Notes: generated from the letters alone by a model not told the origin. A DNA stretch of 64,000 nucleotides from Patellaria atrata CBS 101060 (GCA_010093705.1 MU006098.1:45981-109980); one strand, 5' to 3'; positions 33,126 to 47,483 are shown, numbered from the stretch's first letter. Program-made: numbers and translations.

Positions 33126-34850
33126 TTTGCTACCAGACTATATATTGAATCATAAGCACTCTGCAGATGAGACTTCTGTGGAAAGGACTTACGCAATATT
33201 GTTGTTACAAGAGAAAGTCTGGATTAGGTATAACGATTACTGGGAGGGGAGTCCAGCTCCAGGTGATCTAATCAAAGACAAAAAGGAAAAGACAAAGTAA
33301 ACTCGTTGGTCTCGTAAGACGATCTAGATGTTGGTATTCTCTGACGAACTGAGGAAGAAAGTGAGGAGCGAAGCATAGCTACTTATCTTGCTGTGGAAAT
33401 GAACGCATGAGAGCCATAGGAATGGTTTTGACATGGGGAAAGGAAGACTAGCATGAGAGGCAAATTTGAAACATCTAAACATATGCTCAAAGAGGTAACG
33501 TTATGACCTATTATGATGGTATCACGATATGTGTAGAAGGTGTTTCTAGTCCCGGGATGACGGTTGAAACATCGGTCCCCATCTCTAGGAGCCTTCTAGG
33601 GAACGCCCGTTACCTTTGTCGATATCTGAAACGGACTCTAAATATGACTCTTCAAGTCCGCATTAGGCCAGAAAGGCCATGAGATATGTCGGTGAGTGGT
33701 TGAAGTGAGTAAACATAATCGACAACGGGTACGGTACTCGACTCGTCCCGTAGCCGGGCGACGCGCCGTGGTGGGCGCCAGCTAATTTGAAACGCGCTTT
33801 TCAAAAGGTCTGGTCTATTCTTGGGAGCATGATATCTTATTTTGAGCCGTTTTCTGTGAGTATTGGCGTCAGTTTCGCATTGTGAGGTTAGAGAAGAGGC
33901 CCAAAAAAGGATAAGTGAGGTTTTGTGCGGCGCTTGGAGGGCGACGCGCCGAGTTAGCGATTCCGATGGTTGATTGGCTGGATGTTTTTTGCCCGTTTTC
34001 TGCTTTTCTGCATTCTGCAAGCCGGGCTGTCGAACGGACAACAGAAACGAGGAGTCATACCTCATCTACCGTACAGATTGGTTGTAATATGAGCCTTTTT
34101 GTTTCGAAACACCTACTAACAGTAACTAGACATGCAAGTGAGAGTTGTCCATACATCTTATGCATCTGTGACTCATACACTATGTTTGATCGTCTCTGGA
34201 GCAGTTCGTTGATATACAAAAGCATGATTTTCGCGTTGATTTCGCGTTGCTTAACCTCTTCTTCCTTCCAGACTTCACAGAAACACGGCCAAAGGTGCAT
34301 TTCCGCTCGGAGTCATGGACAGCCGGAAGAAAAGAGAAGAAACAGCGCATAAGAAAAGGAAGTACAGTGCCGCACCGTAATCTCACCCCTCAAAATGCTC
34401 ATTCGTCAGACATGTTCAAAATTTTTCGAGTTTTTTGATCTTTCATTGGTTAATAAATTGTTCATCATGGTGGGCGGTTATCTGAAGTGAATGAGTTCCA
34501 CGCATAAACGCTCTCTCTCTACTCCCACCGTTTCTCAAGTCCTTCAAGAACAGTCTGAAGTCGCCTCACCCTATTTTTGTCCTTCAAAAGAGCCTCAAAT
34601 CTCGATTACGAGGCCTGATCATCTCCGATGCGGTCTCCGCCAGCCGAGCGCTTCTGATTTGAGCGCGATTGTGCAAATGGGGGGACATCTCATCAATCGA
34701 CGTCATGTTTATTTCTAGATTTATGGAACTTCGCCAATTCACCGATGTCGCAAGGCTAAGGTAAATGCCTGACACTTGTAGCAAGCGTGGTCCCGAAATC
34801 ATGCGTCAAGGTTGTGCCACAAATATCTTCAATATCGGTCTCGTTCATCG

Positions 34851-36563
34851 TTAAAGCGCTGCATCGACCTCTTTCTCCCACCACTCTGACCAATTTATGA
34901 CTTGATTTCGCGTACGAGCATGTTCCACTGCGAAGACCATGGCGTGGCTTCGAAAGATCTCTTCAAGTGTACAGCCAATGTATTCCTTTTGTGCTTTTTC
35001 AACACTCATACCACCGTTCTTAACAGCATCTATCGCTTTCACAAATTGCATAGCAATACCAGCATCACCTCCGCCATGTCCACCACCCTCTTGTTTTGGA
35101 TAATACTCTTTCGTCGTCCCTGAAGTGAAGTCGTGGACTTTAATTGTGAAGCTGTCGTACTCAATCTCTCCTTTTGTTCCGTAGATTCTACCTCTTCTAT
35201 CACACTGTTTCTCAGTAAATGCAACCATGTGGAATTGAGCGGTCTTTGCTCCTCTTCCCTTCACTCTCTCTAAGTAATTGTTACCCTCTGGCAGTGGATC
35301 GTCCTCCCATGTAATTGTAACACTTTGATCGTCACAGACATCGTTGTCTGACTCCCATACGCATCTCCCGTACCATTGTCGATTTTCTATCTCCTCGATA
35401 GGCGTTCCTTTCGTATAGTCTTCTGCTATACGCTTCATGAGCTTTTCTTTAGCAGCCGGTATGTTATTGGCGGTGTATAATTCCTCGATCTCTGGATTCA
35501 GGATCTTCACCGGCCATCCTGCAATTCCATTCTCAAAGAACCTCTCCAAGTAAATTTTCTTCGCACTATACATGCAGCTATTCTCAATCGGACAGGACAA
35601 ACAGTTCGTAGCATCTCCAGCTTCCTGCGGTTTCCTCGAATTCTTGAAAAACTTCACCGAACCTGTCGAGGACACTTGTGATGGTAGATGTGGAGGCCGA
35701 GTACTTCCTTTCGGCTGCGAACAAAGCATCCAGAGTATCCAATCGATATCATGACACGACTTCGTCAGTAGAGAAGGCGCAGTTTTCGACTCTTTCCGCC
35801 AATTACCCCTAACCCACACAGTCAGCAACGTACCTCACTTCTCAAAAGGAGAACCCCTCTACCTCACTCACCTAACGTAAGAATGCGAAAAATGCCACCA
35901 CCCCACCGGCTCCGTATGCTCCACACTCACCACATCCCCCACGACTCCTCGCTCCAGCACCAACTCCCTTAACATCAAATTGTGCGGACTATACCTCAAC
36001 ACATGACAGATCCCAAACAGCGTCTGTCTCCCCAGCGCCATCCCGCCCTCATCCTCACCAACAACTTCCAACCCCTCCTTCCCCCCCCGTCCCCCCAACC
36101 CCCGATAAATCCTCAAACAATCCCCCAAAGACGTCGCCAGCGGCTTTTCGCAAAGCACATGCACGCCTCCCAGCTCCGCCAGCGCCTCGCATACCTCAAC
36201 GTGCATCTCGTCCAACACGGCCACCACGACGGCGTCCACGCCTCCGAGTGCTCCCCCCTGCTCCTCTTCCCCTCCCCCTTTTCCACTTTCACCAGCTAAA
36301 CCCCGACCCACCAGCTCCGTCCGTCTCTCCCGCTCATAAACCACCCACTCCTCCCACCCCGTAAACTCCTCATCATACCGCGGGCCCCGGCCGCGGGGGC
36401 CCCATATGTACCGCGCCCCCAGCGTGCGGCGCGCGATTGGGTTGGGATCTGCGATGGCAACGACGGTTGCCGGGACCGTGATTGCGTTCGAGGTGATGAA
36501 GGAGGCGTAGGTGTGGCCTCTGCTGCCGCCGCCTAGGATCAGGATGCGAGGAGGTTTGGACAT
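34851..36563 (-). CDS. Gfo/Idh/MocA oxidoreductase (StrI/YteT-like), 1 intron
   Basis: ILILGGGSRG, VLCEKPLA, CHVLRYSPHN, WWHFSHSYVR/GNWR, KSCHDID and GGGHGGGD motifs. Confidence 0.9.
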
Positions 36564-37177
36564 CGTTTATGCTTAGGATCAGATTAGGAGTGAAGATAGA
36601 TGGGTGAGTATGTGTGTATGTGGGTTTGTATTGAGGGTTTTGGGGTATATGAGGTGGGTATGGGTATGGTGTGGTTTTCTGTGTTTGAGGGTTTGGGGTG
36701 TTTGATGTCTGGTGCGAGATATTTAGGGAGCTCTGGGTGGTTAGGGGCGAGAGATGGTTATACGATTGCGGGTTGACTCTCTTAGCTTCTTTCGTGTGTT
36801 TTGAGGTTATGGTTGATTGGTGAAGCTTCAAACATCTACATCGCAGTGTTGCATTGCATTGTGCGTTATACCTCAGGTGGTAGCGGGAGGAGCTGGATGC
36901 GGGAGCTCCCAAGCTACCCAGGATCCAATAGGATTGTTGGGATTGATAATACTCCCTACACTGATCACTTGGAACGTGCAGTTGACGTGTAGCACTCCAA
37001 ACTAATAGTGAGAGAGTAAATATTGTAGATTATATGCTCTTCATAGAGTAAGGGAGGAGAATTCAAAATGTGTGGATTAGGATCATTGGAGTAGAAGTTT
37101 ACACAAACCGATTATAGAAGTTAGCACCAAGCACAAGTATAATGTTAGCATTAGTCACTCCCTTTTAGAGGGTGACT

Positions 37178-38974
37178 CTATTCAGAACTCGATCTATCAA
37201 GCTCGTAAAAAAGTAAATAAGCTTCCTTCTGCATACCCAGAACATCGCTCGTCCTAGCTTCCTTAACCTTTTCGTCGCTAATCCTCCACCACCGATTATC
37301 CCTCTTCTTCGGTCGTTTTACCTGCTTGGTAAGAGAAGAAATTGAAGTTGACTTGCTCAGCGACGACCCAAGCTTAGGTGCTGACGGCGGACGTAAACCT
37401 TCCTCTTTGGGAGCAGATGTGGGTGCAGGTGGGAGTTTCTGTGTGGACGATAGCGAAGACTTGGATGAGAGTGAGGATGTCGAAGGTGAGTTTGGAGTAG
37501 GGGAGGATGAAGAAGTACGCTCCGGTGTACTCAGAAACTGCGCTCTGCTTTCCTTAGACGTTCGCGGGGATAGACGAGGACTTTGAACAGCAGATGGGTT
37601 GGGACTTGCTGCATTACTGTACACACCTCCTGTCCCAAATGAATGTGGTGTAGAGTATGGTACTGTTGGTACCTGGCGGCGAAAGGACTCGTAATGACCG
37701 CTATTATGGCCGCCCTTATGTGTCACTAACCCTAGCAGCTTGTATTTCTTTTGGTCGAGAATACCTCCAAGTGGTAATGTTTCGGGAAACGAAACTTTGG
37801 CCATGTTTTTGGTAGATAAGCTTGTGGCGGAATACAACGAGCGGGAGAGGTGAATAGCCAGAATCTTGGGAAACCCTGATATCCGCATATGCCTGGCTAT
37901 CCTTCTTTTCGGTGCGTACTTGATGTCTGGTAAGAGGACGCCAGATGGTGGCTTTTCAGGATCTTCTCTGATAGCTGTTTCTAATTTAGTTATTTCCACT
38001 TCCAACTGACTTTGTATCCTTGGGTCTCTACAGCTCGAGAGCTCTCTATTTTTGACAGATAATGCGTGTTGCAATCGGCATCTCTCGCATTTAAAGTCAT
38101 CAATGTGTTCGAGTTTGAGCATGCCATCGAAACAGTTATTCAGGGATGTACAAGACGTGTGTGGAACATTCAAGGTCAAAGTGACAAAGCTAGATACGGA
38201 GGGTTTCGGCTTGAAGTGGCAGGTTAAACACTCGATTTGGGATTCGAGCTTCCCTTCGAAAGGAAAACCATCTTCCATATCCAGATCATCTGTATCCGAA
38301 TCTCCAGTATCGCCTGAAGGTTCATCTTCCACTGAGCTATCTGGATCTGCTATTCGAGGTGGATCCCTGATCGCTTTTTGCAACTCTTCTGCTTCAGAAC
38401 GGGGTATGGTGAGTCTCTTCGACCGTCGCCTTGCCCGTCTACCGGCGTAATATTCGTCACAAAGTCTCTCCGCCACGATTTGGAGAAATTCCTGGGCATC
38501 CTGTTGTTGCCGGCTGATCCGTGTGCGGAAAGCAACTTCCAATTCCCTTATGAAGTTTTGCGCAGAAATAGTCTTTCTGTACAAAGGCCGCTCATTAAGT
38601 TTATCTAAGACATCTTTAAGTGCTTTTGTAACAAGTCCTTGCTGTAATCCCTCTAGCTTCCATGCTTTTGGACCTTGCTCAGAAAGAACTTCTTCTGTTT
38701 GCTCTTGTGTGAGCTTATAAACCTCAGGTCCATCTAAGTTGCGCCGATGTATTTCCCGTATCAGGTATATCCTCAGGTCACCTAGACCAGCAAGTACTTG
38801 AAGGATTGAATTGATGAAGCAGTCGTTGGCGGGGTTAGAGAGGCCTACAGCTCCTTTTTGCCGGGAAGGCTCGTCATCGAGGAACCATGTGGGACCGAAG
38901 ACATACACAAGAGTGATAGCAGCAAGTGATGCTCCAGCAGCATAGGTAGCTATAGTTAACGGTTTATCTGGCAT
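37178..38974 (-). CDS. Ubiquitin C-terminal hydrolase, Ubp16/USP30-like (N-terminal membrane anchor)
   Basis: GLSNPANDCFINSILQ (Cys box), QQDAQEFL, HKGGHNSGHY (His box) and WWRISD motifs; hydrophobic N-terminal helix. Confidence 0.9.
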   Translation of the reverse strand: MPDKPLTIATYAAGASLAAITLVYVFGPTWFLDDEPSRQKGAVGLSNPANDCFINSILQVLAGLGDLRIYLIREIHRRNLDGPEVYKLTQEQTEEVLSEQGPKAWKLEGLQQGLVTKALKDVLDKLNERPLYRKTISAQNFIRELEVAFRTRISRQQQDAQEFLQIVAERLCDEYYAGRRARRRSKRLTIPRSEAEELQKAIRDPPRIADPDSSVEDEPSGDTGDSDTDDLDMEDGFPFEGKLESQIECLTCHFKPKPSVSSFVTLTLNVPHTSCTSLNNCFDGMLKLEHIDDFKCERCRLQHALSVKNRELSSCRDPRIQSQLEVEITKLETAIREDPEKPPSGVLLPDIKYAPKRRIARHMRISGFPKILAIHLSRSLYSATSLSTKNMAKVSFPETLPLGGILDQKKYKLLGLVTHKGGHNSGHYESFRRQVPTVPYSTPHSFGTGGVYSNAASPNPSAVQSPRLSPRTSKESRAQFLSTPERTSSSSPTPNSPSTSSLSSKSSLSSTQKLPPAPTSAPKEEGLRPPSAPKLGSSLSKSTSISSLTKQVKRPKKRDNRWWRISDEKVKEARTSDVLGMQKEAYLLFYELDRSSSE

Positions 38975-39441
38975 ACTGTAGAAGTTGTGATAACATTTCC
39001 CCACAGGATCTATTTTCTTTCTTTCCTTCTCTTCGGTAAGAGGCAATCTAAAGTACCTTTGTCATCTGAAGCGATACAATAACGTAGGTTACGGCGTGGG
39101 GTAGTTGTCATCCACATTTGCTTTTCTAGCGACAACGCAAGGTGTTTGGTATAAATGGGGGGTTCATAACGGCCGTAACAAGCCTCACTTGAAATAAGAT
39201 CCATTGTAAGAAAGCGTAGCAACCTTTGAAGAACAGCGCAAAGACCCCAATGAGCGCGAGTGCGGCCGGTAGCGTTGTCGGCACAAGGGGATCACCAAGA
39301 GCAGCGCTGTGGCCGCCTGAAACCCCGGGCAAGTTGGCTCTCGCGACTACATCCTTTTTTGTTCGACAAGCTCAAAGAGCCGCAATAATTCCACTCACGC
39401 CCTCTCCATTTGCTTTAATACTTCCCACTTTAGGTGGTATC

Positions 39442-40332
39442 ATGGCCGCGTCAGTGCGCCCACCATTCCTACCTCAATGCGCTTTATGTGTCCGCAAATT
39501 CACCAGACTTGGTCTCGAAGGATGGAAACCGCTACAGCAACAGCAGAGCCGTGGACTGTCGAGGAACCCAAAGTCTCCTGAAACCATCACGGTCAAATTG
39601 CTCAAGGATGTGAGGTCTTATGGGCGGAAAGGTAACTCGTACCTGTTTTGACTCCAGATTGGATGGGAACTGACGGTCGATAATAGGCGCTATTGTCCCA
39701 GTAGCAATTGGACGGATGAGAAATTTGTGGTTCCCTCAGCGAATCGCAGAGTACATTATGCGTGATGTGAAAAAGGAGCTCAAAGCAAAAAACGTCACTA
39801 TAGAGAGAGATCCAGGCTTCGTCCCCGGCCAACGCCTACGAAAGCCCAAGAAGGATACAGTTGTGCCTGCACAACCAGCTGCTGGTAAACAAGCCCTCGA
39901 ACTATTAACGGTACGTTACGGCTCGCAGTTCAATCTATACACTAAATCCAAACTGATATCGTATAGCCCCAACGTTCAATGGAGCTTCTACAAATATTTA
40001 CACCTACGCGTCTGAACTTTTTCCGTACCCCTATCGATCTTGAAGCAAAAGGTCCCTCTCCCCAACAACCAACTGGCAAGCCCCATCCCATAAGCATACA
40101 TGGATCAGTCACAGCTTCCGATATCGCAGCAAGCTTTAGAGCAGCTCTGGCGAACAATGATGAAGCAGGTAGAGTGGTATTACTTGACGATGATATTCGC
40201 TTTGTAGGAAAAGCCGCCGAAGAGGATCCTCAACGAGTCAAGCAACTTGGAAAATTTGACGTGGAAATTCGTGTGAAAGGTGTGGATAACGTGCTAAAGC
40301 GGCACATACGGGTACTACCAAACCCGGCGTAG
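39442..40332 (+). CDS. Mitochondrial ribosomal protein bL9m (2 introns)
   Basis: Mitochondrial-type leader; VKLLKDVRSYGRKG-AIVPVAIGRMRNLWFP (L9 N domain); IHGSVTASDIA and RVKQLGKFDVEI (L9 C domain). Confidence 0.85.
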
Positions 40333-41274
40333 TATGTAGAGGTTCCTAAATGTAAGCTAGCTTGTATAGGGCGATTTTATGTACTTAAAACTTATATAGG
40401 ATGTACAAGGAGACCCGATGTGGTCTGTCCTCGACGATATAATGTACTTACATCTGGCCTTCGGCTGCATTCAGTTCGTAGGCCAATTAGTTTCAAGTTT
40501 CCATTTACGCTCTCCAGGATATCACATGCGGACAGGAACTGACCATTGGAGTGAAAGAAGAATCTAGATGGTGTGTACCTGCAGCTAAAGAAGCAAATCG
40601 CAAAGCATGCCGGCATTGCATTGATAGCCGGGGTAATTCGAAAATCATGAGAACGAAAGAAGACACCTATGTAGCTTGCTCCGGATCATCTTTGCCTATG
40701 TAGCTCTCGACAACGTTGACGTCGAAGGGGTCAATCATGTCTCGGCGATCCAAATGATGATCCCATGTATGTCTTATACTCGGTTACTCGTGTGAATCCA
40801 GAACAACTACGGGCAGACTCGGATGTCATAGAACGGAAAAGAGGAAGTATTCGGTATTGCGTATGACTTCAAAGGGAAAAAAAAGTACCTTTGACAATGA
40901 AAAGTACTTAAACAACCTCATGTCCACTCCCCACGCTGCCCTTGATGTTGGATTTATTACTCTCTTTACCACACACATCAGTCACCCCCATATCACTCAG
41001 GTAAATCCCTCAGCTTGTAGTTGCTTTTTAATTGAAAATTTCCAGTGAGTTGTCTTCCAATTGTTTGCTTTTTGGTTGTAATCAACAGACGCAAGCCGAG
41101 CTCAACGAGCAACCAAGGGCCCACCATCAGACCCCTCAACCCCGCCATTTTCCATTATATTTCCCTCTCTCCGTCTCTCCACCAAAATACATTTCCTTAT
41201 TTCACAGAACAAATCTGATAGTTCAGTCATCTCAGATTAACTGAAACCGGAACAACACTTAAACATACTCAATC

Positions 41275-41999
41275 ATGGCACAAAGCGTCCTTAGCCGTAA
41301 GAGCGGCGTCATCGTTGGAGATGATGTCTTGAAGCTTTTCAACTACGCCCAAGAGAAGAACTTTGCCATTCCAGCTATCAACGTCACAAGCTCTTCTACC
41401 GTTGTCGCAGCTCTCGAGGCCGCCCGGGATAAGAAGTCTCCCATCATCCTCCAGACCTCACAGGGTGGTGCTGCTTACTTCGCCGGCAAGGGTGTTGACA
41501 ACAAGAACCAAGAAGCTTCCATTGCGGGCGCTGTCGCAGCTGCTCATTATATCCGCTCTGTCGCACCTATCTATGGCGTTCCAGTTATCCTCCACACCGA
41601 TCATTGTGCCAAGAAGCTACTTCCCTGGTTCGATGGCATGTTGGATGCCGATGAGAAGTACTTCAAGGTGAATCACGAGACTGGATACCAGATTTTACTC
41701 ATGCTAATATTGTGGTTGTATAGGAACACGGCGAACCCCTCTTCAGCTCGCACATGATTGATCTGTCCGAAGAGCCCGTAGACTGGAACATCCAGACCAC
41801 AGCTAAGTACCTCACCCGCATGGCACCAATGAAGCAATGGCTCGAGATGGAAATCGGCATCACCGGTGGTGAAGAAGACGGTGTTAACAATGAGGACGTC
41901 GACAACAACTCCCTCTACACCCAACCCGAGGATATCTATGAGATCTACAAGACCCTGTCCCCGATCTCACCCTACTTCTCCATCGCCGCCGGCTTCGGA

Positions 42000-42038
<39 letters not shown>

Positions 42039-42410
42039 CATCCAGAATTGTTGCAGAAGCACCAGCAGTATGTCAAGGAGAAGATCAATGCCAAGGAGGA
42101 CAAGCCTGTTTTCCTTGTCTTCCACGGTGGCTCTGGATCTACCAAGAAGGAGTTCAGTGATGCGATCAGCTTTGGTGTTGTTAAAGTCAACCTCGATACT
42201 GATTTGCAATGGGCATACCTCGAGGGTATCAGGGATTACATGAAGAATAAGGCCGACTACGTACAGACCCAGGTCGGCAACCCAGACGGCGCAGATAAGC
42301 CCAACAAGAAGTACTACGATCCTCGTGTCTGGGTCCGCGAGGGTGAGAAGACCATGACCAAGCGTGTTGCTATCGCCCTCGATGACTTCAACACTGCCAA
42401 CCAATTGTAG
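41275..42410 (+). CDS. FBA1: Fructose-bisphosphate aldolase class II (intron ~41668-41723)
   Basis: FAIPAINVTSS, LHTDHCAKKLLPW, SSHMIDLSEE, GNVHGVY, VFHGGSG and KKYYDPRVWVR motifs. Confidence 0.97.
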
Positions 42411-42794
42411 ATGTGATATCATGAATTGATGGGTGAGGCGTATGAGATGGGGTTAGCCTTTGGGTGGTGTTGGTTGGTCAGTTGTAAAATATAATAACGG
42501 CCGGGGAGAAATTCTGTATCCTTCATATCTCTTCCCTGTCGGATGATAAACCACAATCGACGTCGAGCTGTTTCACACAGAAAACAGGAGTAGTCAAATA
42601 GCTAGCTAGACAGCAGAACCGTATGCAGTAGCAAATATAGTTCTTACCAAACTCTCTCTGCTCATACCCTATGAGGAGTAACATACATGCTCGTGAGAAA
42701 CATATCTAACCAACCTTCTACAAACATCGCTGATAACCACTTTTGATACACCAGACCATAAACGAATCCACTATTCAACACGAGAACAACACAT

Positions 42795-44332
42795 CTACCT
42801 CCCCTCCACGATCCTCTTCAACTCTTCTACCTGCCCCAACACCGCACCCCTACTCGTTCCGCCTACCGCATCCTTCAAATCGACCGCGCGGTCATAATCA
42901 AAACAGCCCCTCACATCCGCATCCAGTCTTTCATCCACGCCCCTCAAATCTGCATCACTAAGCTGATCCATCGGTATCCCCCTCCTCTCCGCCTCCGCCA
43001 CCACCCGTCCACTAACATGATGACCCTCCCTAAACGGTACGCCCTTGCGCACAAGGTAATCCGCGATCTCAGTCGCGAGCATCTCAGGGGCAAGCGCGGC
43101 GCGCATTTTGTCCGGGAAGACGGAGAGGGTCGATAGCACGCCGGTAGCGATCTGGATCGAGTTATGAAGCGTAGGGAGGTGGTCGAGCATCGGCTCCATG
43201 CTCTCCTGCAGATCCTTATTATAGGTGGTAGGTAGGCCCTTGATAGTCATCATGAGGCCGGCCATCTGGCCGAAGGCGCGGCCGGACTTCCCGCGCAGCA
43301 GTTCGAGCGAGTCCGCGTTCTTCTTCTGCGGCATGAGGGAGGAGCCGGTCGAGTAGGCGTCGGCGAGGCGCACGAAGCCGAATTCGAGCGACGAGTAGAT
43401 TATCAGGTCCTCGGCCCAGCGGGAGATCTTGAGCATGAAGGAGGCGCCCCATTGCATTGTTTCCATGATAAAGTCGCGGTCGCCGACGGCGTTCATGGAG
43501 TTGTGTAAGAGGCCGGAGAAGCCGAGTTCGGTTGCCATAGTTTCGCGGTCGATTTTGAAGGGGTTGCCGGCCAGGGCGCCGCAACCGAGGGGGGAGAGGT
43601 TGACGCGCTTGATGACTTCACGCAGGCGGGTGAGTTCGGAGGCGAAAGCTGTCGCGTGGGAGAGGAGCCAGTGGGACCAGCGGACCGGTTGAGCTTTCTG
43701 GAGGTGAGTGTAGCCGGGCATCTACATAGAAACCCACATCAGCTCTGTATATGCATAAACCCGTTTCTCTACTCCCTCATGCGAGGAGGTCAGGGTGAGG
43801 ATGGACTTACGATAAACTCCACCTCCTTCTCCGCCCTGGAGATCGTGACCCTGATCAGATCCTGCAACTCCCTCTCCACACCCCTTAACTCGTCCCTCAA
43901 CCACAACCGCATATCCGTCGCGACCTGCTCGTTCCTACTGCGTCCCGTGTGCAACTTCCCGCCCACCTCCTTCCCAATGACCTCACTCAACCGTCGCTCA
44001 TTCGCCGTGTGTATATCCTCATCGTGCTCTTTTGCCTCGAACCTACCCTCCTCCCACTCTTTCGCGACCACCTCAAACCCGGCGACGATCTGGTCGAACT
44101 CGGATTGTGTGAGGATGCCGGCGTTCAGGTTGGCTCGGGCGAACGCGATGCTCCCCTTTATATCTTGCCGCCAGAGGATTTTGTCGTAGGGGAGCGAGTT
44201 GTTGTAGGCGACCATTAGGGGGTCGAGACCCTCTGGAGAGAAGATTAGCTGAGAGTGAAGGAAGGTTGAGGTGATGGTAGTACCGGTGAAGCGACCGCCC
44301 CAGAGCATGTTTTCAGCGGGTTTGGAGGCCAT
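42795..44332 (-). CDS. ARG4: Argininosuccinate lyase (2 introns)
   Basis: MLWGGRFT, DEDIHTANERRL, HTGRSRNEQV, MPGYTHLQ and GSSLMPQKKN motifs. Confidence 0.96.
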
Positions 44333-44896
44333 TGTGGATAAATTTAGAGAATAGAGGGTATAGAAGTGCAATTTAGTATTAATTGTGTGGATGGGAGTTC
44401 TATTTCGTCGTGACAGTCATAATCTGGATTAAAAAATATATTGGAGCTTTCGCGGAGCTTATCGCACATCTTATCAGCACGTGAACATGAAATGATTATC
44501 TTTCTCCAGCAAGGAGAAGTTAGGCATACTATTTTCTTATGCACGTCTAGCTGTAGTAATTGTGATAGTGTGACCCGACATTATATTTCTTCGAATTGTT
44601 GGTGTTCTTTCGAAATCCACCTTTGACCAGGTACGTATATCAACCATTCCCCTTTAACTTCGACACGCCTGGTGTTGTACAGTTGCTGTACATATGCTGG
44701 CGCGAAGTCGATTTCGGCGCATTGTGAGATTTCTTAGATCGGGACAGTCGAGCCGAATCTCTCTCTAAGCTCGAGTGTACGATAAGGTTGGGTTGTCGAG
44801 TCACTCTAGACAGTTCTGAGTAACTAAAACTCGAAGTGATAGTGATCCAGAGTCTCATTTTTCTCACCACTCTCCCTAATTCGAAGCCGATGTAAT

Positions 44897-47248
44897 TCAT
44901 CTGTTGGTTAGGGAGCCTGTAGACCAGTCTTCATAGAATGAAATCATTTTAGGGGTAATGACTTTCGCCGTGGAGTCTATAGCATTCTGAAAGTCAGCTC
45001 GAGATATAAGTTCTAGAGGAGCATTCTGTTCCTCCTTTTCAGTATATCGATCAGCCGTAGTATTCTTCGCTTTTGAGCAAATGTCTACGATCTCGGCCCC
45101 AGAGTAACCTTCAGTTTGCTCCGAAAGTTCCTCAAGGCGTACATCCTCAGCTAAGGGGAGGTCTTTTAATCGAATACCTAGTATCTCTTTACGAGACCGG
45201 AAATCCGGTGGTCCTACGTATATTCGGTTAATGAAGCGTCTGAGTAAGGCTTGATCCAGAGATTCAGGTCTATTGGTTGCTGCAATTACCAGCACCCCTT
45301 TTAGAGCAACGATACCATCCATTTCGGTAAGAAGTGTAGTAAGCACATGGAGACCGCTTCCTTGCGAACTACTATTTCTAGATGCTCCAATAGAATCGAA
45401 CTCGTCGAAGAAAATGATGCTGGGACTAGCATTTCGGGCTTTGTAGAATACATCTCGTAGCGCTCTTTCTGATTCACCAACATACATGCTTAAAAGTTCG
45501 GCTCCTTTGACTGATATGAAGTTATAATCCGATTCTGTGGCTATCGCTTTGGCACATAATGTCTTGGAACATCCCGGAGGACCATAAAATAGAACTCCTT
45601 TATCTGGCTCCAGTTTGTAGCTAGCAACAACATCAGGACGCTAGGTATATTAGCCTTTCGAAATAGATAGTGTAGGTGCAGGGTATTTACCTTCAATGGT
45701 CGCTCTAGTACGTTGGACATCGCCTTCTTAATATAATCGTAACCTCCAACGTCTGTCCATCGGACATTGGGCTTTTGAACATGGATCTCTCGGATGGATG
45801 CTGGCCGAGCTTTGACGAGAGCAGACTCGAGATCTTCAATCGTGACTTGAAGAAGAAGTTCACTGCCGTCTACCTGTTCCATAGATGGGACTGTCTCACC
45901 ATTGGTTTTCCTTTCTCCGCCCTTATGCTCATTTCGGAGTTCAGCATGATATCCTGCATACTCACAAAGACGTAATAGATCTTCGCCGACAAAACCATGA
46001 GCACGTCGTGCTATTGACTCTGACACATCGTTGGCAATGTCAAGATTCTGTTCCTTAGCAATATATCTGAGTATCTCTATTCGAGCGTCCGCACCTGGTA
46101 CTGGAAACTCAATCTCCCAAAGAAACGCATCTGGTCTCAACAACTCTTCATCGACGTGGTATAGAGCTTTCGTAGCAGCAACCACTAGGATCTTTTTACC
46201 TTGTATTCCTTTCAGATCTTCCTGTAACTGAACGGATAATGGATTTACATTTTGCGCGTCCCTGCTACCACTTGGGGCAATAGTATCCAATCGATCTATG
46301 ATCACCAAGCTTGGCTGATTTGCAATAGCACTTTCGAAAATCTTGTGGATCGAGGCGGCATTCTTGACTTGTTGATCTATTTTCACAACTTGTTTCCACG
46401 GCGCGCTTGATAACTGGCTAAGCAATAAGCTCTTCCCCGTTCCCGATGGACCGTGGAACAATACAGCTTCTCGTCGAGGCTGTTCATATAAGGTTTTTCT
46501 TAGGTGATGATAGAGCTTTTCAACCTGCTTCTGAAGGCCGGCAATTTTAATCAAGTCGAGATCAATCGGTTTCGACGATGTTTCTGGACCGCTTGGATGG
46601 TCGGAATTCTCTTCTAATTCTATGTGACTCTCGTAATCGAATAGAGAAAACGGACAATTAGTGTTGGATGATTCAGACGTTTCAATATTCTGAATTCGGA
46701 AAAGCTTCTTCTGGTGGGATTTGCTGGACGTTCCATTGCGAATTGTAATCTTAAGGAGAGGGCCTGGTATTACATATCGAGTATTTACTAAAGTAGTGAG
46801 TAAAGGAAATTAAGGAGGACGTTAATATCGTACGGAGAGCATTCTGGCATTCAAATTGGACTTTCCTATACTCGGACCACATAGTAGAATCGCTTTTTAC
46901 TGATATTTCTGCTACGTATACCTTGGTAGCATGTCGTAAAGCATCTTCTTCTATCCTATGAAGAGTAATACGATCCTCAAATTTAAAACTATAACGTTCT
47001 TTCAGATCATCTGTTAGTTTCATAGTTCTCATGTTAGTCTTCCTGTCAGAATGATCCCACAGGATTGCATATCCGTGTCTACCATCAGTTGTGGAGAGCT
47101 TATATAGGCCACCTCTCTCTAAATCGAGTTTACTGATACCTTCCATGGAAAGATATATCTTGTATGCTTCTAATGGGTCAGATATTTTTTCTGTTGAAGT
47201 TCGTTCCGCGGAAAGCGGACGAAGTGCGAAGTCAATTGCTGCAGCCAT
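44897..47248 (-). CDS. AFG2: AAA+ ATPase Afg2/Drg1 (SPATA5-like), 2 introns
   Basis: Two AAA domains: D1 GPSGTGKS; D2 GPPGCSKT (Afg2 signature), MYVGESERA, IIFFDEFD and AATNRP. Confidence 0.85.
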
Positions 47249-47483
47249 ATCGCTGCCAATTGTTATTATTTTAATTGTATCCTGTAGGTAATTTTTGAAC
47301 GTATGTTTTGTATTGGAGTGAGTTAAAGAAAATGCAAAAGCTAGACTTTGTAGAGTAGAATCTATGTTTGCTAGTCCTTGGCATTGAACCAAACCCTTTT
47401 AAGGTCGCGACGTTTAAAAGTTGATAGAGCTCCACAACAACTACACTCGCTATGCGACACACCATCCTAGGAGTCGTCAATTG

